The notes under the pieces are model-generated. The model was not told where the DNA came from, searched no databases, and worked only from the letters and a program-made list of their open reading frames with translations. Shown here piece by piece: positions 1 through 10,340 of a stretch of 21,683 nt of DNA. Each line of letters opens with the position of its first letter. Positions within the stretch are counted from its first letter, which is position 1. Source of the DNA: Ginkgo biloba (Eukaryota; Plantae; Ginkgophyta); NCBI GenBank assembly GCA_024626585.2, contig JANKJI020000001.1, positions 18,302,481 to 18,324,163 of the forward strand, in the 5' to 3' direction. Both the position numbers and the translations under genes were made by a program.

Positions 1-311
1 TGCACCTATATTATGGAGTGATATAGTGCCCGCTCTATTGGCATCTATCTTACCACTAACAATGATGAACTTCTTACTACACTCTTTTAGCTTTGTTGGA
101 ATGTTTGTTTAAGTCTCAATCTTGGTCTCTATCAGGATGAGATCCCTCTCACATTCTTGTTGATTAAGGTAAGAGCCTTATTCATGACTATTGGAATGTG
201 GCTCACTCATTAGCGATACCTTGCATTCTTCTTGTGCCTTCACAAAGGTGATCTTGGAANNNNNNNNNNTCCTTGGCTTGCACTAGAACTTTCTTCAATA
301 TATTATATACC

Positions 312-969
312 ACCAATGTATCCTAGACCTATTTTTCACAACCTAGTTTCCACCTCAATGGGGTTCTTCATCCCTTGTCCATTCTTTCCAAGACCTTCAT
401 CACTATATCCTATCTTTTTCAACAAATTAATGACAACACCTTTAGTGTACATTTCAAAATTATCAAAGTTATCATTTGAGGAAAGAAAAATTGACGAGAT
501 GCTTACCTTAATTGACTTTTTCATTGTTTGAGAATCTTGTGTAATGGTGGTTCTCTTAGGAATAATATATTCCTCATACTTCTTGACCCCTTCACACTCC
601 TCTTGAATCTTAACTAAGAGTTCTTCTTTTTTAGGCAGCTCTTGCTATAGTTTCTTCATAGCCCAAGCATTGTTATCCTCCAAATGCTTTAATTGGTTAA
701 AGATGGATTCTCCCTATTGCACAAAATAAGCTTTATACTTATCCAATTCTTCCATAACATCAATTAAAAAATTGGTATGGATTGCCAACTTGTTCTGCAA
801 CTTCTCATTTTCCAATTCCAAGCATTATATTTTCCTTCTCAACTCTTAGTTCTTCTCATTGTGTTGTCGATTGATTGCTTCAAGCTTTTGAAGTTTCACC
901 AATTTTGTAGGTTTTCCCATGACTCATATTTTATAGCCCCACAAACCTAGAAAACCTACTCTAATACCA
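312..969 (-). mobile_element. Decayed LTR-retrotransposon internal region: PBS, interrupted coiled-coil ORF, G-patch domain
   Basis: TGGTATTAGAGT (969-958) resembles the tRNA-Met PBS TGGTATCAGAGC with two C>T changes. An ATG at 920 opens MGKPTKLVKLQKLEAINRQHNEKN*ELRRKI*CLELENEKLQNKL (contains stops). G-patch: FEMYTKGVVINLLKKIGYSDEGLGKNGQGMKNPIEVETRL*KIGLGY (458-312). Confidence 0.65.
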
Positions 970-1162
970 ATTTTCCTAAATTGGTATAACCCTGACTCAA
1001 GATGNNNNNNNNNNNNNNNNNNNNNNNNNNNNNNNNNNNNNNNNNNNNNNNNNNNNNNNNNNNNNNNNNNNNNNNNNNNNNNNNNNNNNNNNNNNNNNNN
1101 NNNNNNNNNNNNNNNNNNNNNNNNNNNNNNNNNNNNNNNNNNNNATAAAATTTAAGAACTTA

Positions 1163-1250
1163 AAAGAAATGAACACATCACATGAAATTCTTATACAAAA
1201 GACAATAGGTTTTTAACTGGAGAAAATCCTCTTGTGGTAGAAAAACTCCA
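1163..1250. repeat. LTR-like block, copy A (homologous to 4064-4146)
   Basis: attcttatacaaaagacaataggtttttaactggagaaaatcctcttgtggtagaaaaactcca aligns by eye, in direct orientation, with attcttgcacaaagacaataagattttcaactggagaaactctcatgggaaattaaactcca. Confidence 0.7.
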
Positions 1251-3052
1251 TAATTAATTAAAAAGACCAATTCATCAAAGATTGAATCAAATAATGTTTG
1301 TCTCTGCCATGGATCACAACTCATAGGTATTGACAAAACAAGTATAGGTATTTATTCCCCACAACTAGTATAAACNNNNNNNNNNNNNNNNGTTATCCAA
1401 GATCTTATCCATACCATGTTATAGGTACCTCTATCCTTTCTATGTCTAGAATTTCCTTTGATTCAGTCCTCCTCCATCAGTCTTCTCTGTTGTACTATCC
1501 TTTGCTAAATAAGTTCACCTCTTGAGTTATTTACTTTATTTCTCTCTTTGATTTAGAATTTAGAAGATACTTACAAGAAGATCTATTCTATGTTCTTCTA
1601 TATTTCCTATTCTATCTTGTACCTTTTTCTTCCTTCCTTTTTCCTCCTCTATCCTATGTCGTACTCTTTTTCCATTCTTTCCCTTGGAACTCTTCTTCCT
1701 AAAAGAATACCAAAAGTCTCTTAATATTTTGGATTCCCAAATAATTGATTTAGAAAATGATTTTTGGAGAGATTGTAGAATAGGTGACAACATGCTACAG
1801 TCCAAAATTTGGCTTCTAAATCGTTGTATAACTGAGTTATTAAATTTTTTTTTTTTTTTTATAATTTTCACTTTTGAGGGGATAAACAAACTCATTTTGA
1901 GCTTAATTTATTATATCATGTGAATTTCACTATCAATCAACTTTGATCCAAATTTTGTCACATTTTGAGTCTGCATGACCAAGTTATGGTTGAATTCCAG
2001 TTGGCAATTTTGTCCTCTTTTTCACTATTTTTCCTTTCCCTTTGGTCATTCACATAATGAAATCATGTCATTTTTCTAATGACCTTTATTTTGTTCATCT
2101 ATTATTCAACATTTTTTCTTATTCACAAAACTCTTTTTCTCATTTTTCTAATGACCATAGCCCATTTGTCTAACAACTTAATGCTAGGAAGTCATTAAAA
2201 TGAGCATAACTTTTATATCGTAGCTCCAATTTTTGAAATCTTGGTACCAAATTGAATCTAACTCTAAAGGGTACAAATTTACTTCACTAACCATGGGATA
2301 AAACTATACATATTTTTTCCAATTTTCTCTGTAAGTTGATAGACTCGAAAAAATGATCAAAAATCAAATTTTTGGATCCAAAAATGGATCAGACACCCAA
2401 AGGTGTATACATAATTTTTGGAATTAGTCTTTGGTTCAATAATATGTAAAATGATGATACTAATGATATAAATAAGGATAATAAAATAGAGACATAACAC
2501 AAAAAATAACTGTAACACAAGGATTTCCTCACCAATTGTTCAAGATGTGAGACCCTTTTTCCTTTACTTTCTTTCCTTTTATACAGAAGGTCAACCTCCT
2601 CTTTTTGTTGCAATAATTGAAATAGTTGGGTCATCAAACAAAGTTCAATGATCCACCTCCTTGGGTTTCTACTGTAACTAACTCTACATTCTTTTCCTCT
2701 AATACTTTTAGTTGTTATAAGTTGTCTTGAATATCGTTCCTTCTGACAGTGATAAAGTATTTATTATTCAAATAAATATTTATAAATCCCTTTCCACTAA
2801 ATCCACATATTCCTTCTCCTACCTCAGAATGAACTAAATCTCTTTATTATATTATACCTATCTTTCAAAGACTGGTTAAACTAGTTTGAGTCAAAGGTTT
2901 CTCCATTCTGTAATGTCTGTGTAACTTTGGTTTCCTCATACTAGAGTAGACTNNNNNNNNNNNNNNNNNNNNNNNNNNNNNNNNNNNNNNNNNNNNNNNN
3001 NNNNNNNNNNNNNNNNNNNNNNNNNNNNNNNNNNNNNNNNNNNNNNNNNNNN

Positions 3053-3330
3053 AGTCCCAATATTTTATGAAATACTTTAGGAGTCAAGGGATAAAATACT
3101 TGACCCTCAATTGTATACACCATTCTACTAATGGGGTCAAATATCTTGGTTACAAATTTTATTATTTGATGGAAAGGCATTACTTTTGGGATGGTCGGTG
3201 CCTGGATTAAAATGGACCTATATATCATATCAAAATCTAGGGATTCCCTTGACATATTTAAGAAATCTTTGTATATGAATCTTAAACCATCCCTACATGT
3301 GTTTGAGGTATCAATAATATCTATTATCTC
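3053..3330 (-). pseudogene. Probable retroelement-derived ORF remnant of unknown function
   Basis: Protein-like stretch IYRSILIQAPTIPKVMPFHQIIKFVTKIFDPISRMVYTIEGQVFYPLTPKVFHKILG lies between the two LTR-like blocks. No catalytic motif recognised. Confidence 0.35.
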
Positions 3331-4063
3331 TGTAGATTTAGCTATGCCACTTCTTTTTCCATCTGTACTTTCTTTAAAACAAGATAAATCTTTGAGAAGA
3401 TGAAATTTTCTTGCAACTAGTATCTAGTCCTTTTCTTTCTCTCAAGCCTATAGTTTTAATCTATCACATGAAGAAGAAGCACTTTCTTGAAAAATTCAAA
3501 AATGGGTGAATTAATGAGCCATTTCTATATTAATCACAACATGTCCACTCTTCCACCTTGTGTATTGACTTCATATGATACATGAAGTAGTTTCCTAAAA
3601 TTCATATTAAGATATGTGAGCCTATGATTGGCCAATATTACCTCCAATTGCATATGAACATGTGCCTTTACTTTCTTTTGAGCTTAGGATAACCTTAGTT
3701 GAATGTGAAAATCTTCATTTAAAATAACTCGATACCCAATTCAACATAGTTTATATTTCATCGGGTTTCTGGGGTTAGGTTCGTGGATAACCCTTCATCA
3801 TGCACCAACTCTCAGAACTCTAATTTCTCAATGAATGAACTTGAGAGAACACCTAATGTAAGTGCAAAATTTTTTGGGTCTGAANNNNNNNNNNNNNNNN
3901 NNNNNNNNNNNNNNNNNNNNNNNNNNNNNNNNNNNNNNNNNNNNNNNNNNNNNNNNNNNNNNNNNNNNNNNNNNNNNNNNNNNTTTTCTTCAATAGACAA
4001 ATAAAAACTCAGTCTATGTATTATGAATGATTTCCCATTGCTTGAATCTAGAGATTCAAGAGT

Positions 4064-4146
4064 AAAGAAATTAAAACATACATAATTCTTGCACAAAGAC
4101 AATAAGATTTTCAACTGGAGAAACTCTCATGGGAAATTAAACTCCA
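4064..4146. repeat. LTR-like block, copy B (homologous to 1163-1250)
   Basis: Shares the anchors aaagaaat, attctt, aaagacaata, aactggagaaa and aaactcca, in the same order, with copy A. Confidence 0.7.
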
Positions 4147-4336
4147 AATTGGTATTAAAGTTTTCTTTCAATAATATATTCAATGCCTATGCCTCTAGTA
4201 TTTAGATTCAACTCCTANNNNNNNNNNNNNNNNNNNNNNNNNNNNNNNNNNNNNNNNNNNNNNNNNNNNNNNNNNNNNNNNNNNNNNNNNNNNNNNNNNN
4301 NNNNNNNNNNNNNNNNNCCAATATATACTCAAATTA

Positions 4337-4389
4337 ATATATATATATATATATATATGTGCGCGCGCGCGCTCGCGCATACACATATA
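4337..4389. repeat. Compound microsatellite (AT)11-GT-(GC)6 with a degenerate tail
   Basis: Read directly from the sequence. Confidence 0.9.
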
Positions 4390-4487
4390 GAGAATTTAAC
4401 ATTTTATATTAAAAACGATATGCAATTTGATATGCCGCCTGTTATTTCTAATGTTTACAGTTATAACTAAACTAGTCCACCGAATGC

Positions 4488-4580
4488 CGAATTTTGTTAT
4501 GTCTTGAGAATAAAAATTAAAACACAGCTTAAAGGCGAATTTTATTATGTTTTGAGAATAAAAGTTTAAACGCAGCTCAA
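4488..4580. repeat. Tandem duplication with 48-bp period, downstream of STR2
   Basis: cgaattttgttatgtcttgagaataaaaattaaaacacagctt at 4488 and cgaattttattatgttttgagaataaaagtttaaacgcagctc at 4536. Confidence 0.85.
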
Positions 4581-4906
4581 GTGCTCTTGATTTGCATGGT
4601 AAAATTTCCTCCTACAATCAATAGTATCTTTATTTGAATCTAATCAAGACATGATGACAGCAAAAGCAATGTGACGAGAAGTCGATGAGTACGCGTTGCG
4701 TTGATATGAAGACGAAAACAACAAAGATTAGGTATATTGCACACACTACACATTGTTTGCAAAAAAAATTACAGTAAAATGTCATTAAGAATAAGGAAGA
4801 AGCTTATTCAATCATTCTGCGCACGAATTGTTCATTATGTCGCCTCTGTAGAGAAGAAGCCAACAAGGCCGTACTTGTAAAATTAAACAAAGGATTATAG
4901 CCGCTA

Positions 4907-5845
4907 TCACGTCCTCTGATTTTTTGAGGCGAATCGCAGAACGATATAGAAGAGAAGCCTGTAAACCACAGCCCAGCCCAGAAGAAAACTGAGGCTTGCC
5001 CATTTAGACGAAGAATTTGTATCTATGGAGAGATGCTTCAAAATGTCCTTGCGTCCTAGTGCACACACTTGTGAAATCCGACTGTAGCATATGTCTTTAG
5101 AGAATTCGTTCATGATGATCATTTTTACTAATGGAGTTAATTGTGGTAATATATAATTGTCCCTAAGTAATGAAAGAAGTTATTTAAATTGNNNNNNNNN
5201 NNCAGAAGAGAAAGAATAAAGCTGTGAAAGCTATGACTGCTGCATAGCCCAGGATGTAATTTGGCACAACAGAGCTCACGAATACAACGAAGGAATTGGT
5301 GGCGATGAGAGAAACGTAAAGAATCAGCACAAAGTAGAAAAATGGCCCATCTAGCTTCAGAGCAAACCAAACCAATAAGGCGTATGTTAGAGCCTGGATG
5401 GCTAGGAAGGGCAGATATGTTATCAAACCGGATATGGCATAGGATGAGGCTCTGTATGCATTGTGCGAGGACTCGCGTATGAAGATGAATCTCTCCTGGA
5501 TGAAAGCCGGGACTGCATCGTTAGAGGAGAAGAAGAAGATGCACACTGTGAAGATGAAAAATGAGAGCAGGTTTGTAATTCCCTGCATGTCTTTTGAGGG
5601 ATTCATGAACATGGTCGCCATCATGACGCCCATTATCGTGAGAACCATCTGTCTTGAGAGGAAGAGCTCGGGAGTTCTCCTGATGTTGAGAAAGTTGCGT
5701 TTGATGAGAACCATGAGTTCTCTGTGGAATGAATTTGAAAACTTTGGGCCAAAGTATGTGTCTGTCTTTGCCGAATTATCTTCCCAACGTGTCTGATAAT
5801 CTGATTCTCTGACGGTATAGTCACTGCTGTGTGGCGTCGGCGTGT
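4907..5845 (-). CDS. STR2: STR2 last exon (ABC2 membrane domain to stop); 5' end hidden in the 100-N gap 5846-5945
   Basis: [50 protein letters not shown]...FTALFFLFC, then an N gap and about 70 non-homologous nt, then IMNEF...[26 protein letters not shown] (4907-4909). Confidence 0.9.
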
Positions 5846-8800
5846 NNNNNNNNNNNNNNNNNNNNNNNNNNNNNNNNNNNNNNNNNNNNNNNNNNNNNNN
5901 NNNNNNNNNNNNNNNNNNNNNNNNNNNNNNNNNNNNNNNNNNNNNATTTTGGATTTTTGGGGATTCAAATGTTGGGATTGATTCCTTTCTATAAAACCCT
6001 CGAGTTTTGTTGACCTAAAATTCAATTAAAGCAGTTTAGAATGTTAAATTTGAATTCATAAAGACTTCTCTAGATTTTTCAGTTTTAAAGTTTTAGGATT
6101 TTGGGATCTTGGTGGATGTTAAATAATTAAGCACCAATGTGGACTCGAATGCAAATTCAATTTGAGTTAATAAAATGGAAGAGAACTTTTAAGGTTTTGG
6201 GATTTAGTGGTATGGGTGGTGAAGAAATGTCATCCCTATTAATCCCATGAACCCAAGTGAGTAACAAGAACTAATTGAAGAGAGAAGTCATGTATAGGTA
6301 TAAGAAAAGATGAGGTTTCAAAGTTTTGAGGTTTAGAATGATATGAATAAATATCACCTCATCTCTACCCCACATATCCAAAAGGGAAATAAAGACCAAT
6401 TGATTAGAAAAATAGATCCAAATTCCAATGAATATAGTATTTAGAGTTTGACAGGTCAACGATTTTGGCTACCAAATATATAAGAGAAGAAATAAAGTGG
6501 GAAATTTTCCTTGGAGAGTTTAAAATTTTGGTTCAACTTTGACTGGTTTTTATTGGTAGATTTGAACATACGCGAAACATCAAAATCCAATATTGAAAGC
6601 AATAATTAATTATTATAGTCTTTTCACCTGACATAAAGTCGAGCGATATTTCTTATAACCCTTATTAGAGGAGATGTTAGGCCTTTCGCATACATGTGTC
6701 ACTTGAAAATATGTTCTCACTTTTATTAAGGAAATACAAATATATTTTTATAGGTGATATGTTATTTAAGTGAAAATAAATATATGCATTTGAACCTAAG
6801 GTGGATATTTCATGGGAATCAAAAGGGAATTCGATTAAAGAAATAAATTATTATAGAAGTATTATTGTTTCGGGACTGGTAATCTGGCAATTACCAGCAA
6901 ATCTGCACCAAATCATACCACGTTTTGCAATGGATATTCGCACATTATCAACCTAGTCATATCCATGAAGAATTTATCGGGACTGGATATTAATTCCGCT
7001 TTCACGTACACGGATTTTGTGATTATTACACTACATATCTTTTAAGGACTACCATGCAAAAATACATAAGGCCATCATAGTCTGAAAACATATAGTGCTT
7101 TTAATGTATTATGGGCAAAGATAGCGAATGGAAGAGTATAAAACGGGAAATGAATTTTGAACGTGAACTTAAGAGGGCTACGGCAGAATTAAAGTCCATC
7201 AGTTTGATTTGTTTTTGAATTTCGTATAAGAGCGTTTATCGATCATGTGAATACTGTATTATGACATTTATAAAAAGGATAAATGGTTTCATGGAGGGGG
7301 CAATGCCATGTATTTTTAGGGATAGACAGCGGGAAGAAAAAAAATTGTACTGTTTATTGAAAACGTGCAGCTTCTGTTGTTACGTTGCTCGAAGGGAGTA
7401 GCAGTTGTCTGAAGTAATTCAAGCAGTTGTCTTAAGTAATTCAAGCAGTTGTTTCAAGTGACACTTGAGCTCCATCTATTGTATTTATTTATTTATTTTA
7501 AATTTCTTGCGAGTATTTTTATTTAACGGTTTAGTGAATAAAAATTGCATCTCCATATGTGCCTTTTAACCGCATGGGAGCCCTATGTAATTGGAGAGAT
7601 TACCATAAGAAAAAACATCAAAGTTGGCCAAACGTTTGTGATCCTACAGATTATTTTAAAAAGAGTATTTATTGTTGTGGAAGGAAGGTAAGTACCTGGT
7701 GGAATTCGACCTGGGTGCTGTTTGTCGATCTTTGTTTCGTTTAGGGGTTTGGAGAGAAGGGGTGAAGCGCCAACTTTCGACCACTCCGCTTCCTCCACGG
7801 CCTCTCGCAGACCTGGGAGTTCGAACGCTGTGATCAAAGTCGTTTGCAATGCGATTGTTAACCCACCTGGTTTCCCACAGTGGAACAATGGGGGCTTCCT
7901 GGCTATTTTCCTCGCCTGGAGCCCTCTTAACCCTCGGGCTGCGAAACCTATTTGGAGAAACCAGGCCTTGATGTAGGGGCGTTATCTGTTACAGAACCAC
8001 AATTAAACATCTCTGTACTTACAAATGAAAATGCATTAAACCTTTTAATCATGTCCACTATTCGAGCATGTCTCTACAAAGGAAAACGATTAATGGAGAT
8101 AAGTTGGGTATGCTGTAATATTACATCTGCTACAGGCAAAGGTGAAGCCATCGACATCTCATGTTCAATAATATTGATTACCGGCGGAGGCTTCACTCCT
8201 GTTCTATAATATTCTGCGAGTGCAGTTACTGTCAGAGGTGATCGATCGTATTCCTGAATTACATCCAGCAGGTATTCTATGCTGTTCTCTCCCTTTGGAA
8301 CCTTGCGTCCCATTCGGCCTAGATGGAATGCTACATCCTTGGGCGTTCCTTGATATATTAACTGACCTCTGAACATTTCAAAGACAATTTTATCAGACAT
8401 GCACGGAATTAAATTCAATAAGCTATACTGTAACCTGCAAAAAAATAAAAATAATATTTGTANNNNNNNNNNNNNNNNNNNNNNNNNNNNNNNNNNNNNN
8501 NNNNNNNNNNNNNNNNNNNNNNNNNNNNNNNNNNNNNNNNNNNNNNNNNNNNNNNNNNNNNNNNNNNNNNNNNNNNNNNNNNNNNNNNNNNNNNNNNNNN
8601 NNNNNNNNNNNNNNNNNNNNNNNNNNNNNNNNNNNNNNNNNNNNNNNNNNNNNNNNNNNNNNNNNNNNNNNNNNNNNNNNNNNNNNNNNNNNNNNNNNNN
8701 NNNNNNNNNNNNNNNNNNNNNNNNNNNNNNNNNNNNNNNNNNNNNNNNNNNNNNNNNNNNNNNNNNNNNNNNNNNNNNNNNNNNNNNNNNNNNNNNNNNN

Positions 8801-10036
8801 NNNNNNNNNNNNNNNNNNNNNNNNNNNNNNNNNNNNNNNNNNNNNNNNNNNNNNNNNNNNNNNNNNNNNNATCACCTTATATTATTCCTCTTATACATGT
8901 GTGACCTTTTATACAACGTTGTCTGTATATAAACAAAGGCTGATTCATTTTGTTGAATGAGAAAATATAGTTAATCAAAATTTGCCAAGGGTTGTTGCCC
9001 AAACAACTTCTGACAATCCATTTTGTTGTCGATCTTATGCCTTGTATTATTCTAAAATTCCACGTCTATACATGAGTAGATGAACTAGTCGAGGGAGGCC
9101 TCACCTTGCGAGAACGATAAGATGATCGAGAAGCATCTGAACGCGGTAGGAGGGCTGGNNNNNNNNNNNNNNNNNNNNNNCCATCTTTAGCGATGTCATG
9201 AACTTTCTCTATAACACTGTGAGCGCTTGTGGAATCAAGCCCGGACGTCGGCTCGTCGAGAAACAGAAGCGCAGGACCATGAATAATATCCACTCCAATC
9301 GAAACTCTCCGCCTCTCACCGCCTGAAATACCCCGTGTCTCCTCGTTCCCAATATACGTATTCCGAGCATTCTGCACACCAAAACCAAAAACAATATTTA
9401 TAATTATGTCAACAATTGGAATATTTTGCCATGAATTGGACACAGAAATGATGTAGAAGACAATTATACCGTTAGACCAAGCTGGTCAATGAGCTTCTCC
9501 ACGCGCATAACCTTGTCGGAATAGCTAACGCTTCCACCTAGACGAAACTCAGCTGCGAACATGAGCGTTTCCCAGACTGTTAACATGGGAAACAGCCGGT
9601 CGTCTTGCATAACGTAGGCAGAAGTTCTTTTGACGAGACTTGGTGAAATCTCTTGGCCGTCAAGGGACACAGTTCCCTGCAAACTTCCACTGGCTATCCG
9701 TCCGGCCAGGCCGTCAAGGAAAGTAGACTTGCCGGCACCGCTAGGCCCCATAACTGCGGTTATGGAACCTTTTGGCGCATGGCCTGTTATGAAATGCAGA
9801 AGATCCACCTCCTCGCTTGTCCACTTTCCATCCAAGTCCTTCTGCTTCTTCGTTACAGTGTATGTGAGATCAGTGAACTCTAGCCCTCCGCTCAACATTG
9901 GAGTCTCAATGATAGCGCTAATAACGCCATTGGGATAGATCACCTTCTGCGGTAGCGGATTATCAATATGCAGAAGTGTTTGCAGAGGCTTAGCCCCTGT
10001 CGATAAGCTCTTCTGGTTATGATTATTACTGCCCAT
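4907..10036 (-). CDS. STR2: Half-size ABCG transporter STR2 (STUNTED ARBUSCULE 2) orthologue; spliced gene with 5 visible exons, roughly 770-790 aa
   Basis: NBD-TMD order typical of ABCG. Walker [10 protein letters not shown]-loop AYVMQDD, signature [12 protein letters not shown], Walker [16 protein letters not shown]2-type motifs recalled from legume STR2: [108 protein letters not shown]-terminus [10 protein letters not shown]. Visible GT-AG junctions are phase-consistent. Confidence 0.93.
7400..7459. repeat. 22-bp minisatellite, about 2.7 copies, in STR2 intron 4
   Basis: Unit agcagttgtct(g/t)aagtaattca starts at 7400, 7422 and 7444. Confidence 0.88.
7696..7985 (-). CDS. STR2: STR2 exon 4 (low-complexity linker; this frame is not in the ORF track)
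   Basis: Acceptor aacag|ATA at 7985. Open frame [96 protein letters not shown], containing the STR2 DFDHSxR and FTPS motifs. Likely donor AG|GTACTT at 7696/7695; phase 2. Confidence 0.82.
8125..8368 (-). CDS. STR2: STR2 exon 3 (end of NBD and linker)
   Basis: Acceptor ttcag|A completes AG+A = Arg, then [41 protein letters not shown]...RTGVKPPP. The 3' boundary is uncertain: two phase-0 donors, GAT|GTAATA (8125) or CCG|GTAATC (8182). Confidence 0.85.
9105..9371 (-). CDS. STR2: STR2 exon 2 (signature, Walker B, H-loop region)
   Basis: Acceptor tgtgcag|AAT at 9372/9371 (intron 1 = 9372-9469, 98 nt). Reads [22 protein letters not shown]...HDIAKDG[N gap][19 protein letters not shown]|gtgagg; phase 2. 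The frame shifts across the 22-N gap at 9159-9180. Confidence 0.92.
9470..10036 (-). CDS. STR2: STR2 exon 1 (189 codons: N-terminus, Walker A, Q-loop)
   Basis: ATG at 10036; ends ...DQLGLT (ACG) followed by donor GTATAA at 9469; phase 0. Confidence 0.93.
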
Positions 10037-10340
10037 CTTCCTTAATACAATTTGCAGGCTAAGCGATCACGAAGTCACAAATTATCAGCTAGTTTCTATG
10101 GCAGCTGCGAGATTTCCCAATGCAAGCATTGAGAAGCCGTGTATTCTACGCTGCTGCCCCATGGGAGGGGGGTGCTTAGGAGTAAATTAGAGAAGACGAA
10201 CCAAATTGTAACAAACAAAGGACAAGCAGGGAAGACAAAACTTATAACCTGACAAATTTGGAAAATGAAAACGAAACCATGTCCTAAGGAGAAGGGATCG
10301 ATGAATGGATCTTGTATACATGGAAGGTACCATTTTTTTC

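Noticed and set aside
5461-5796. Plus-strand ORFs overlapping STR2 (also 7722-7976, 7952-8209, 9630-9938)
   Set aside because: Antisense shadows of STR2 coding exons with no independent motifs.
6876-6897. 8-bp inverted repeat CTGGTAAT/ATTACCAG
   Set aside because: Too short to support a structured RNA, MITE or miRNA call.
7400-7459. CRISPR-like array
   Set aside because: Contiguous tandem units with no unique spacers, inside a spliceosomal intron of a plant gene; no cas genes.
7583-7888. 101-aa minus-strand [12 protein letters not shown]...
   Set aside because: Wrong frame; the frame containing DFDHSVR is the homologous exon 4 frame.
8399-8932. Long ORFs made mostly of X (also at 3783, 4183, 10312, 14113, 15325, 20091)
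   Set aside because: Open only because they read through N gaps.
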